A stretch of DNA of 63,808 bases, counting the filler, from Olpidium bornovanus S191 (lineage: Eukaryota; Fungi; Olpidiomycota): NCBI GenBank assembly GCA_017911155.1. It is 32 parts of 32 records of this genome, joined end to end, with 100 filler letters (N's around TTAATTAATTAA, not from the genome) between each part and the next. Parts side by side here need not be neighbours in the genome. Positions count along the whole stretch, not along the records: positions 47,436 to 49,577 come from JAEFCI010010198.1; positions 49,678 to 53,321 come from JAEFCI010004765.1; positions 53,422 to 54,687 come from JAEFCI010000139.1; positions 54,788 to 56,961 come from JAEFCI010004821.1; positions 57,062 to 60,794 come from JAEFCI010006419.1; positions 60,895 to 62,705 come from JAEFCI010007354.1; positions 62,806 to 63,808 come from JAEFCI010005042.1; 25 more parts are not named here. The stretch is one strand, 5' to 3'. Every line of letters starts with the position of its first letter. Position 1 is the stretch's first letter. Under the pieces are notes generated by a model, which did no database searches, was not told the origin of the DNA, and was given only the letters and a program-made list of their open reading frames with translations. Below are positions 48,681 through 63,795 of this stretch, piece after piece. The translations under genes and the position numbers were made by a program.

Positions 48681-49577
48681 TGTTGAGATTTTTCTCCTAT
48701 GTATCAATCCGCACCCGTTGTACCTTATGACGCGTAACCCCCTGTATAATATAACGCCGCCCAACCTTCGGCAGAACACCAAACTCAAACAGGTTATGAG
48801 CCCAAATCGGACCTGACGCGCAGCCGCCGCCTTCGCAGCCGCCGCCGCAAGCCATCTTTTAGATCGCCTCTGCGTTGACGCCGTTCTCTGCGCTCCGCCG
48901 CCGTTTTCCGGCCGCTGCCGCCGCTTTCCGGCCGCCGCCGCCGTTTTCCAGCTCGCCGCCACTGCCTCAGCGCCCCCTTCGCCACCGCAAGCCATCTTTC
49001 AGATCGCCTCTGCGCTTCGCCCCTTCGCAGCAGCTGCCCTCGGCTGCAGCCGCCGCTCAGCCGCTGCGCTCCGCCGTTGCGCTCAGCCGCTGGGCTCCGC
49101 CGCAGCCGCCGCTCGCATCTGCGCTCCCGCCGCCGCTCCGCCGCAGCCACCGCTCAGCCGCTGCGCTTAGCCGCCGCTCGCATCTGCGCTCCCGCAGCCG
49201 CTGCGCTCCGCCGCCGCTCCGCCGCTGCGCTCCGCCGCAGCCGCCGCTCGCATCTGCGCTCCCGCAGTCGCTGCGCTCCGCCGCTGCTCCGCCGCTGCCG
49301 CCGAATCACTAATCGCCTCTGCTCTGCCGCCTTTTTTTTTAAAGCCACAGACGCACGCCGTCATCCCATCGCCATCGCCGCAGCCACTGCCTCTTTCCGG
49401 CCTCACCAAAATACACTATGCCGTTTGATCCAGAGCGTCCAACGGCCGGAAAGGGAGCTATCTTTTTCAAGATTCCTCTAGGGATGAACCCTGGAAGCTC
49501 ATCCCATCCTGGGAGTGACACCCCATCCCCGACCGGACCAAGCCAAGCAATTGATCCTCGGCAACAGGAAATAGACC
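48681..49577 (+). mobile_element. Ty1/copia 5' end: 111-bp LTR (48681-48791), half-tRNA-iMet PBS (48792-48803), GC-rich repetitive leader and possible gag start at 49418
   Basis: TGTTGAG...CTCAAACA near-inverted ends, an internal TATAATATAA, and ...CA directly followed by GGTTATGAGCCC. Confidence 0.75.
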
Positions 49578-49985
49578 NNNNNNNNNNNNNNNNNNNNNNN
49601 NNNNNNNNNNNNNNNNNNNNNTTAATTAATTAANNNNNNNNNNNNNNNNNNNNNNNNNNNNNNNNNNNNNNNNNNNNGGGGGGGCGGGGGATATTTCAGA
49701 AGGGAGGCAAAAACGGAAAAAAGGACCGACTCGGCGTCCTCCCCGTTCGCTCCCTTTTTCCCTCCTTTTTTCGCCTTCCCCGCCATCCGCCTCTCCCTGC
49801 CACACACACACACACACCCCCCCACCCCGTAACCCTTCCCCACCCTGCCCTCCCCCCTCCCTCCCCCCGTCCGCCGAACGGCAAAAAAAAAAAAAAAAAA
49901 GCGAGACTCCCGCCAGGAAAGAATGGAAAGAAGAGAGAGGGGGAGTGAGAAAAGAAGAGAGAGGGGGAGTGAGAAAGAGGGAGAG

Positions 49986-50017
<32 letters not shown>

Positions 50018-50082
50018 AAGGGGATGGGGGGATGGGCGAAAAATTAGAATTAGGGAAGGGGGAATGGAAAAAGCCGCGGGGC

Positions 50083-53321
<3,239 letters not shown>

Positions 53322-54567
53322 NNNNNNNNNNNNNNNNNNNNNNNNNNNNNNNNNNNNNNNNNNNNTTAATTAATTAANNNNNNNNNNNNNNNNNNNNNNN
53401 NNNNNNNNNNNNNNNNNNNNNCATGCGCATTTGGCCCTTGTTCACCCCTGTAAGTTTACTATTACCCTGCAGTATAAAAAGGACCTGATGACGATAGCTA
53501 GATTACGAAAAATACAGGATTCCTGCCTCTCGGCTTCCCTTCCGCGTACTCCTGCTCCCTTTTGGATTCTCCTCCGAGTTCTACGGTACAAGCTGAACAC
53601 GCCCCGCACGGGAGCCCCCCCCCAACCCCAACCAACCCCACGCGATAGGTCGTTTCTTCCCGCGGTACTGCCGGCCCCCCCTCCCCCCCCCCCCCCCCCC
53701 ACTTCCCCCGGTCTCGCTGCCGTCCCCGTTTTTCCCCGCCACGCTTCGCCGCCGTCCTGACGCCCTTTCCCTCCTCCACAGCCCCACTCCAGCCCCGACG
53801 TTGCTGTCTCTCTCCGGTCTGCCCTGTCCGGTCGCTTTGGCGGGCAGGGTTCCGGCCGGTTGTCAGTTGTCAGCGCGGTTTCCGCATCGCGTGAGTCTTA
53901 TCCCCCTCCTTCCCCCCCGCCCCAACCCCCAACTCCGCCCCAACCGAGCCTCGCTCACAGAAGGCGGGTGAGGGCGGATCATCACACGCGGCGGCCCCAC
54001 GCGCGTGAAACAGCCTTCTCACTTTCTCTCGGGGATTTTTCTTTGCTCCCCCCCGACTCAAAGCCGAACTCCGATTGTTGGTCCTTTACGGCCGCCGAGG
54101 TAGAAGCCAGCTTGTCTAATTTTTGAAACCCTCCTCTCAAAAGTGGGGGGCTTTTTTGTGCTTTTCCATGACGGTCGCTGCGTTACCCACAACGGCAAAC
54201 CTCCGTGGGAAACGAGAATAAAAGAGCATCGGACCTTTGTCGAAAGCGGCAGTTGCACCCGAGGCCCTGCCGTCCTCGCGACTCATATCCCTGCCGGGGA
54301 ATAATTCCGCCAATTTCCGCCTGCCCAGATCACTCGTCGTTTTCATAATCGACAATTCTTCCGACGAGGCCTGGCAGGATCCAGTTTCGACTCCCCATTT
54401 TTTGGTGGTGATCTCAGGACACTTGGCGGTGCACAACACCGCGGAGAAAAGAAACGCGGACTGCCACTCTTTCCGAACAACAAAGTTTACCCGTGATCGT
54501 ATGCTTTGGTCGTCGGTTTGTACTCCATGGTCAAGAATTCTGTCGCTCTAGCAGCGAAGTTCGCAAC

Positions 54568-54682
54568 ATGGCAACCATCGGGCCGGGCGCAAGGAGGACT
54601 GGACGCGTGAAATTTTTCAACAGCGTGAAGGGCTACGGGTTCATCATCCCCCATCACCAGGAACCCGGAGAACATATTGAAA
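54568..54682 (+). CDS. Cold-shock domain protein, first exon
   Basis: MATIGPGARRTGRVKFFNSVKGYGFIIP (CSD RNP-1 motif), then a GTACG donor and the contig end. Confidence 0.85.
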
Positions 54683-54787
54683 GTACGNNNNNNNNNNNNN
54701 NNNNNNNNNNNNNNNNNNNNNNNNNNNNNNNTTAATTAATTAANNNNNNNNNNNNNNNNNNNNNNNNNNNNNNNNNNNNNNNNNNNN

Positions 54788-55715
54788 CATGCCCCGCAAC
54801 ATCTTGGAAGGCGGCAGAAGCATCTATAGAGACATCCGGCGAGTTCCGGATTTGAAGGCACGTCGACTGAATGACGGACTTTGCCGGTCACGCCAAACCG
54901 GCCCGGAAATAAAAAGGGTTTCGTCTACCTGTTTGCCGTTGATCCCTGCTTCGGCGTCGTCCGGCGGTCCCATTTCGACGACTTTCCTGTGCTCCTTCAA
55001 AACGTCATTTCGCCCGCGTCCTCGGGCGAGGAAACGTTACTTTGAAAGTGTCGGGCGGAGGAGCGGGAAAAAAAAGGCCCTCTCCCTCCGCCCACCCAAA
55101 AAAAGGAAAACGACGCGGAAGTCTGCTTACCGTCATCTCCGACCACGGGGCCTTCGCTAAAAATCAGGCGATGCTTTTTAATGTTACTGAATTCGGATCC
55201 AAAAGAAACCAAGAGAACCCGGAGGGCGGGTGGAGGGGGCGGGTGGGAGGGGGGGGGAAAGGGGGGAACAAATTTCGGCGTGCGAGGGAGAGAAGGGGAA
55301 AAAGAGAAAGAGAGAGAGAGAGAGAAAGAGAGAGAGAGGCGCGAGGCGAGGAAAAAAGGGGAGAGGAGAGGAGAGAGCAAAGGAACCCGCGGAAAACCCA
55401 CGTTCGCGCGGCTTTGTCGCCTCCTCCTTCTGCGGGCCGGCGCGCATCACGATGTGCATTAAGTCTTCGACCGACGACGCGACGAGCATCACTTTCGCGC
55501 CCGGCTTGATCTTCAGCTCGCCGACGGTCGACGTGTCCTTCAGGACGCCTAATACAAAAAGGAGACTCGCGCCGTGTCTATTCTACGTTTTCCTCTTCTT
55601 CGGACTTTTGGCAACACAAAGGGGGGGGGAGAACCCTCCTTCCGGCCAAACTGGTGGAAGAAGATCTCTCCGGAATGGAAGGAGAGTGGGAGATGGGGAA
55701 GAGTGGGGAAGGGGG

Positions 55716-55774
<59 letters not shown>

Positions 55775-56287
55775 TGAGGAAGGGCGAGGGGAGGGGGGAG
55801 GGGGCATACCCTTGTATAGCAGCTTCTGCGTGGCCGCGGGCACACCCTTGATCCGCTCCACGGTCTTCTTCAGATCCGCGACGGTGCTCGCGCTTGGGAC
55901 GCCGACGGTGAACGTGTCCTTCTTGAAGGTAATCGTGACGTCGACGACCTCTTCGGCGGGCGGCGGCCCAGCGCTCGACTCGGGCTCGGGCTCGGGCGTG
56001 GGCCCGGCGGTCGTCCCGGCCCCGCCGTGCGGGGCTTCGACCGGCGCGTCGAGCGGACCCGCCGCGGCGACGCCCCCCAGGTCCCCGCTGTCCTCCTGCC
56101 GGTGCCCCGCGGCGGGCGGAACGGCGTCCTGGTTCTCGTCCCGTCTGCCGGCGACGGAGACCGCAGTCTCTGCCTGCGCGGGCGAGGCGCACCGCGCCCT
56201 CTTCGTGTCAGAGTCTGTCTCTTTCGCCGCTTCCGGCTGCACCTCAGCGGCCGCCGGCTTGGCGGCGGCGGCGTCGTCGGAGGTCAT
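54788..56287 (-). CDS. UBFD1: Ubiquitin-like domain protein UBFD1-like, spliced, 3' truncated
   Basis: TVADLKKTVERIKGVPAATQKLLYKG/VLKD..TVGELKIKPGAKVMLVASSVEDL, then HRKVVEMGPPDDA and LP...LRGM, matching the UBFD1 layout. Confidence 0.8.
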
Positions 56288-57989
56288 CCCGCCGCCCCCA
56301 CTTGACCCGCTCCCGGACACCGCGTTGGCACTGCGCGGCAAGGGAACCGACGGCGCGGAAACGGGTTTCGCTCTGGTCCGGGGTCGGTTGAGAGAGTTGC
56401 CATTGCGGGGGAGGGACTTCCCGCGCGCCGCGCCCGGTGGCTTTCCCGCCTTCTTCTGCTCACCTCGGAAATTCCCTCACCCCTTTCCCCCTCCTTCACG
56501 CCAGGCTCACCCCCCCCCCCCACACACACACACGCATACCCGTGAGCATACGCCCTTGCAAAGGCACCAACGCCCGCGAATAGTAACCTATGTAGTAGCT
56601 TCCGAAGTTTTGAGTGGCGTGGGTTTAAATTGGCCCCCCCCCGCCGTTTGGCGCACGTCGGATCAATTGACACAGCGACAGCCCACATCGATGGCCTGCG
56701 GTTAGATGGCTCGTCGGGGAACGCCAAACACCTCGACTTAGTGGTCTCATAATCACCAGCGAGCTCAACAGCCTTGGTCTCGTACAATGTTGCGCTACGC
56801 GCCGAAGGCGAAGCAGGGCGTTCACTCCGGAAGCACCCGTCATGAAAAGATACCACAGAGTTACCCGGCTCAACACAAATGTAAATTTTGGCGACAGATG
56901 GTCCTCTTCCCTGTTATGCAGTGATTGAAGACGTCGACGCACGCACGGGGGCGCCTTTCAANNNNNNNNNNNNNNNNNNNNNNNNNNNNNNNNNNNNNNN
57001 NNNNNTTAATTAATTAANNNNNNNNNNNNNNNNNNNNNNNNNNNNNNNNNNNNNNNNNNNNCATGCGTTCCCGCTTACTACCCCGGCGATCCCGGGTATC
57101 TGCGCGTAGGACAGCGGTCAAATTAAGATCAGATCAAGCGCTGAGCACCGGTTCCCTTAGTGAACCGATCTCCTCCCGTAGTCTACTGTGTCGTCCTCTG
57201 CTGCATCTAGATGAGGACCAGCCACTTTCCTGCTAGTTCCTCACCACTAGCTCTTCCCATTCCTATATTCCTCTCATTACATCATCATAATTCAACGACG
57301 ACTGGTGCGAGTTGTGTTTCTCATCCTCTCGCTTCACAATTTTAAGTCGCGTCTTCAGGATCCGGGGACGAGCCACCCGGTGTCGGACCTTTCGTGTCGT
57401 TTTTCGTGTGGTCAACGCGTATGCCGCGAAATACTCGCAAGGAGTTCAAGAGAAGACGCTAATCTCTGGGGCGGTTCTGCATGCAGAGATCACTTTGGAT
57501 CAAAACGTCCTCGACATTCTCAGAGTCAGAGCTCAAAACCACTATGGCAAGTGATCTCCTGCGTCTGGCTGTCTGGCGGTTGAATGGCACCTATGCCAGC
57601 TAAGAAGGACGTTGGGCCTGCGCAAAGGGGATGTGTCAACTTCTAAAACATGCACACACATACCCGGATAACATGCGGTGTAGGAGGGAGATACTTTCCC
57701 AGCTTTTTTCTGTTGTTGTAAATGGGGCACTCAACGCCAAACCTACACGAATAGACCCAAGGGAACACCCCCTGCGGTGGGAAAATCAAAACGGCAAAAA
57801 CGAGTTCCCTGGAGTTTCCAGGTACTTTGTCTTCTGCTCCCCAGCAATTGGTAACGGCGGGCCTTTTCTCGTTAACGCGGGGCCCGCGCCCCCGGGATTC
57901 CAGTCGTTGAAAAGGGGGGGGTCTCCCCGCGCGCTACAGCATGAAATTCGCGATTAAATAGTCAAGATGTCATAACACAAGCCGTTGCT

Positions 57990-58400
57990 TCCTACGTCAG
58001 CTTCAATTGGGGGTTATCCAAGAAAAGTTCCGTCAACGGCTGCCAGTCGGTTTCGTTACCCAAGTTGATGGACTTGAAGAACGCGCCGGCGGAGGCTTCA
58101 GTCTGACCCGTGTGCAGCTAACGAAAAAGTTGCGGTAAGGTGGGGTTGGAGTGAAAGGTAGCGGGTGTGGTTTGTCAGAAACGATCCAGGAAAGTCCGCA
58201 ACACCGCCCTGTCAAAAAACTCGACCCGGCAAATCTCATGCTTCCATTGGAAGGAGAGACATTTTTTTTCTTCTTTTTCTTCACGTGCATGGTTGGTGTT
58301 TTTGGGGACACCGCTCTCTCACCAGGCTAAACGCGAGCAGGTGCTGCGCCTCCTTTTTGGTCCGCTCGTTCCGTAGTGACGGCGTGACGCACTCGATCAC
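57990..58400 (-). CDS. Hypothetical spliced protein (two exons seen)
   Basis: Phase-0 exons SVIECVTPSLRNERTKKEAQHLLAFSL|gtgag and cag|TEASAGAFFKSINLGNETDWQPLTELFLDNPQLKL|gtagg. Family not recognised. Confidence 0.4.
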
Positions 58401-59659
58401 CGAGTGGTAGTCTTTGATTTTGTAATACCCGCGCGCGGCGTAAAGCCAGCCGACGGCGTCTGCCCGGTTTCAGAAGCCGGGTTGGAAAAAAAAATAATTA
58501 GAAATTGCAAGATGCGCGCCTACCCGCCCCGGAAAAAAGTTTTCAAAAATCCCGGGGGGGGGGGGGGGGGGGGCTGGGGGTTGAAGCCGGTTCGGGCGTT
58601 ATTCATGTTTCGCCCGCGGTCTCACCTTTTGGGCAGAAGCCCACCGTGGCCACAAGGTGCTCCCGGCACGATGTCCTCGTTGCCATGTGTGAGGCGAGTC
58701 CTGCGCAACCCGGGGGGGCTTCTGTCGCCGCTGCGCGCGGAAATCCCGCGGGCAGAGCCGGCGGATGCGTGAGGTCCCGTTTTGAGGGCCGCCGGGTAAA
58801 GAGCGAGGCGCCAAGACCGGAAAGTCCGGGAAACGGGGTGCGGCGGAATCCGCCGTTTGTCGAACTTTGCGGGAAAGGACTTTCAGCCGCACGCCCTTAG
58901 CGAGCGCCGAGGCTGCTCATGAGGGAGGGGGAGAAGAGGTCGTTCCCGTGGGCTGGCGTTCTCCGCGGCCCTTCACCCGAAAGCGTTCTTTCCCCAGCCA
59001 CCCTTTCGATGTTCTCTATCCCCGGCCTCAACGGACCGGAGAAACAGGAGGCAAAAAAGAAGTTTAGTGTCACGCGTTTCGCGTTTTTTTGGGGGGGGGG
59101 AGGGGGTTTGTATTTTTTATTATTTATTTTTTTCCCACGTTTCTTCCGCGCCTCACCGTCGACCTGTCAGATCCACCCGCCGCCTCCCACGCATCCATCG
59201 GCCACCTCGGCAGCGACCCCTTCCTTCTGCGAACGCAATCCGTCCCTCGTCGCCGACCAGGCGCCGTATCTAAAAAAAGTGCGCTTGGGAACTCCCGGCA
59301 TCGAATTCAATTTTCTCGTGCGAAAAGGGTGAAACCAACATTTCGTGAATCCACACCACGTCGCTGTGGAATCGCATCCTGGGGAGGAGAATTTTGCGCG
59401 TACGAGACCGGGGCAAGATCAGCCTGCCCGTTGGAAATCCCGGCGGGTGCGGCATTATCCATCCAAAAACGCGAACGAGCCGCGGGGAGCACGGCGTTTA
59501 ACGGAAAAAGAGGCGTCGGGTTTCCCTTTTTATTTAAATGCTTTTTCTTTTTGTCATCCGGAAATTCAAACTTCCTTCAGGCTCTTGTGCGGGCCTCCAC
59601 GTAGTTCCCGACGAACACTACGTCACAAACCCATCCCAGATTCTACAAACAAATTCAAC

Positions 59660-60794
59660 ATGACGTCGAACGCGTCTTCCCGCTCGTCGATGTCGTCGTA
59701 CTCGAGAACGAGCATGTCGCAATCGAGCATCGCGCGCGGACAGGACCGCGCGCCTTCCAAGTCAGAAAACAAGGATCCGCGCGCCATCGGTTTCGAGGAA
59801 TTTACCGCGATCCAACGGAAGCTTATCGCCGAGGAGGACTGCGAACCGAGCGTGGTGAGGGCGGACGATCGCTGCCGGCTATTTCACCCTTTTAATTCGT
59901 TTTTGGGAGCTGGGGTCGCCCTCAGTTTGCAGAATTTTTCCCGGCCATCATCCCCTCCCCCTCCTCCCTCATCCTTCCCCATCCGCCCGCCGCCGATATT
60001 TGCTCTCACGCAAAGCTGACCTTTTCCCTCTACGTTCTCTTCGTACAAACGCACGCGCCGAACCTGCACCTTCAACCGGGGGCGAACGGGGGTTTTTGGT
60101 TTTCCTTCCTCCGGTGAAAGAAAGGTGTCGTATCTGTCACAGTGCGGGTTGCCAACTTTGTGCAAGTGAACAGCTGAGTTTTTTTTTTTTCTTCATCGTT
60201 TCCGTCGCGAGCGAGGGCGAGGTTTCTGCGGCATCCCGTGGACAGCATTACAAATATTGCAGTGTTTGCATTGCAATTTTGACTCTCGACCGCATTCCGC
60301 CTCCTCTTTCGGTGACGACACTGAACAACAACAGAGTTGATTGACCACAACGCTTACGTTTACTGCGCCATTTCCACGAGAAACTTCACGAAGAAGACGC
60401 GCGTGGTGCACAGTCACAACTCGCAAGCGGTGTGGGATCAGCGGAAGCTGTTCCCCGTCACCGTACGTCTTCGAGGGGCGGGTTTGCGTATCAGCCGTCG
60501 ACCCGAACGTCCCCGTCAAAAAAAAGAAAAAAAAAACCAAAAACCTAATAATGTCCCTTGCAGGTACCGCGGAACAGGAAGCACCCGTTCAACATAATAA
60601 CAGTTCGAGTGTTCACCCTCGATCCGACGGACCTGGAACACCAGACCGAACGAGGGAGCGTGTCTTTCCACCTGCATGTCGAGTTCCATAAAGAAAAGCT
60701 GAACTTGGACCGACTGCGCATTATCGGGAGCACCGACTACTCTCACCTCTTAAAGAACGAACGAGAACCCGGAAAACTTGCTCCTACCGCAGAG
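59660..60794 (+). CDS. C2-domain protein resembling C2CD6/CatSper-tau (ALS2CR11), spliced, 3' truncated
   Basis: Exons AYVYCAISTRNFTKKTRVV...WDQRKLFPVT|VPRNRKHPFNIITVRVF...RGSVSFHLH show a C2 beta-sandwich pattern. F.V.VPR...N.I...GSV..HL recalls C2CD6. Confidence 0.5.
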
Positions 60795-60894
60795 NNNNNN
60801 NNNNNNNNNNNNNNNNNNNNNNNNNNNNNNNNNNNNNNTTAATTAATTAANNNNNNNNNNNNNNNNNNNNNNNNNNNNNNNNNNNNNNNNNNNN

Positions 60895-62461
60895 CATGAG
60901 CGCATCATAACTCTGGAAGGCCATATTGCGCATTTGCTGTGCCAACACGGCCGAGGCCACCGGCATGTGGAGAGGGTCTTCTGGATCATTTGCGCCTCCG
61001 ATACGGACTCACCGCAGAGGCGCAACTGGGCAACGATGCCGTGGAGCTTGGCATCGTACGAGGTGATCGACGGGTAGTCGAGGACTCGCAGGGGCATCCA
61101 TGAGTCCTGTGCACGCAGCAAGAGCAGGACCTGTTGGTTATTAAAATGTCCCGCCAAAGCTTTCCATAACGCAGCGGGGTTACGTTCGAGGATGTATTGG
61201 TCAAGCAAAGGGCGCGCCATATGCCTCCAGAGGTAGCCAATGGCCTTCGCGCACATGGCCGGGGAGCACTCGGCAGCCTCGGCCTGCTGGGCAGGGGTGT
61301 CATCCATGGCAACAGCGACGTCCACCTCGTTCGCAACAAGGAGGTTCCGGGCTTGGACGGGTCAGAGGAGGTAGTTCTCCCCGTCAGCCGCAAGGGGCTC
61401 GAATTCGAGCGAAACCTTCTTGTTGTCCATGGGCTGCGCCAGGAGGAGGACGGGCTTCTCTTCTCGGCGGGCGAGAGGGTGGGCGCGGGCGACGCGAACG
61501 GACGACGGTGTTCACGACGGTGTTCACGACGGTGTTCACGACGGTGGCAACGACGAGCGAGTGCTTGTGTGGCGCGAGCGGTGAAGGCGCGCGGCGGCGA
61601 GCTCGGCAGCAAGCTCGGCAGAGACGCACACGGCAGAGGTCGGAGGCGCACACGGCGGCGGCAGCGCGGTGCGGCGGCGAACGCGAAGCGGCGGTGGGGG
61701 CGGCGGGGGCAGCGGCAGCGGGGGCAGCGGCAGCGGCAGCGGCGACGGCGGTGGCGGAGCGCAGCGGCGGACAGCGCTGCGACGGTGGGGGCGCGCCGCG
61801 GCGCGGCGCAAGGCTGCGGTGAGGGCGGAGGTGAGCTTATTCTCGGGAGAGCGCAGCGGGCGGCGGGCGACACTTAGCGCGGGCGCGAACGTGCGCGACG
61901 GCGGCGGCGCGGCGGATGGCGCTTCCCGGTGGCGCGCGGGCGGCGACGCTGCTGATGGTGACGGCGCGGCCGAGGCGGACGGCGACGGCGGCCGAGGCGG
62001 ACGGCGACGGCGGCCGTGACTTTCTCTCGGCGAAGCTTCTGAGGGCGAGCCCGGCGGAGAGGGCACACGGCGAGCAGGCAGCAGCGGGAGAGCGGAATGG
62101 TGCTGATAACGTGTTGCGGAAAAGGGGCTTCTTTCCGTCTTCCTCTCTTCTCTCCTTTGTTTGCGTTTGACGGCGGGAGGAAGAGCTCCAGGGGGAGCTC
62201 CCCTCCCGGTCTTGACATCTTTGATCACGTGACCGTAGAGCGTACTCTTTCGGTTCACAAGAATTAGCATTGCTATAAACATACTTATTACTCTAAAAAA
62301 ATGAAATAAAATAAAAGAACCCCTAAACAAAACAAAAAAAAACGCCTGGACAACACGCTTTTCGAATCCGCCTTTTTTTGTTTGTTTTTTTTTTTCGTTT
62401 GCATTTCATTGTTTGAACCGTTCCACGCGCCGAAAATGCACCCCGCGGAGACACCGCAACG
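60895..62461 (-). mobile_element. Bianca-like Ty1/copia 5' end: 350-bp LTR (62112-62461), half-tRNA-Ile PBS (62099-62111), GC-rich leader and frameshifted gag (61325-60895)
   Basis: LTR ends TGTTGCGG...CCGCAAC(G). On the minus strand ...GCAACA is followed by CGTTATCAGCACC. Gag reads AKAIGYLWRHM...NPAALWKAL...LRVLDYPSITSYDAKLHGIVAQLRLCGESVSEAQMIQKTLST/ASAVLAQQMRNMAFQSYDALM. Confidence 0.88.
61506..61545. repeat. 12-bp tandem repeat (cggtgttcacga) x3 in the retroelement leader
   Basis: Direct tandem copies. Confidence 0.85.
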
Positions 62462-62657
62462 TCAGATCCGGCTCTTGTCGCACGTAAATTAATTTTAGCG
62501 TTGTGCTCGCCTGGTGTGATTGTCTGTGATATCTTCGCTTCTTTCGGAGATGGGTGGGTCCGGCGGCTGGGTGGGGAGGGGAGCGGGATTTCCGCCTGAT
62601 CAACTATCCGTTATATTCGTATTGCCTGAATCTTCTCGATGTCAATGGACTGCCCCG

Positions 62658-62698
<41 letters not shown>

Positions 62699-62806
62699 CG
62701 GCGGGNNNNNNNNNNNNNNNNNNNNNNNNNNNNNNNNNNNNNNNNNNNNTTAATTAATTAANNNNNNNNNNNNNNNNNNNNNNNNNNNNNNNNNNNNNNN
62801 NNNNNA

Positions 62807-63372
62807 ACGGAACCTTTTCCGCCGGGTAGCGCGTTCTCCGCTCCGCTATTTCGAAGCGTTATCTGTGCCGTAGTCATTGATTGTATCTCGTTGATCCGTC
62901 CCCGGACAATCGGTTTCATTTCCATGTTCGGTTTCAGAATTTCGTATCTGCTAGCTTTGACAACCTCAGTTATCTAAGAGGTTAGTACACCAGAAAAAAA
63001 AGGGGGGGGAGGGGTGGCGGCGGGGATGGGTGGGTGTTTAGTTAATAATAAGCTGCGAAAAAAAAGGGTTTCTACACAAACAGCCATCCTAAATTCATTA
63101 AAATAACACGGTGGACCAGCGCACACCGCTCTTACCAGCCAAGGGTTACTGTTCAGCAACATTCCACGAGCCGAAATGACCGACTGGAGAGTGCCGGAAA
63201 GACACACGGTGTACACTTTCTTGCCATCGAAAGGTCCCAGCACCACGTGGCATTTGGCATCGCGAGCCGTTTCCTGGCACAGCTTCTGAAAGTTGCTGAG
63301 AACCACGTCCGGAGGCACCTTCGCGCACCTCGGGTCGACAGGGAAACAGAAGGCTAGGGCAGTAAGGTCCAT
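62807..63372 (-). CDS. Fungal KH-domain RNA-binding protein (Mug60/YLL032C-like), 5' exons
   Basis: MDLTALAFCFP...LSGTLQSVISARGMLLNSNP|ITEVVKASRYEILKP...VRGRINEIQSMTTAQI resembles the N-terminus of this family. The KH motifs are not within the contig. Confidence 0.5.
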
Positions 63373-63756
63373 AACCGCGAATACTTGGAGGGCTCAAGTC
63401 GAGCGGCGCCGTTCGAGTAGCCAGCCAGTGCCAATCAGCCGCCGTCCTTTAGTCGAAATCTCCAAAACAGGACGGGCGAAATAAAAAGAGGAAGGATGCG
63501 GATCGCGGTCTCCGGGTGGGCTGAAGCCGGGTTCCCGAAGGTAATAGGGTATCGGAAGCAACTTCTAGGGAGCGCAAAGTGCCAAAACAAGGCGAAAGGC
63601 TCCACGAGCCGCAGAACGCAGGGTATCGGGGTATCGGACGGCGAGTCCCCCGAGGGGGGATACCAGGGCGTAAACGAGCGTGGAGTCCGGCGGGTATCTG
63701 CCGGGCAGCTGAGCGGGCCCCGACGAAGGCCGTCCAAGACCAAGGACGAGCGGTAA

Positions 63757-63795
<39 letters not shown>

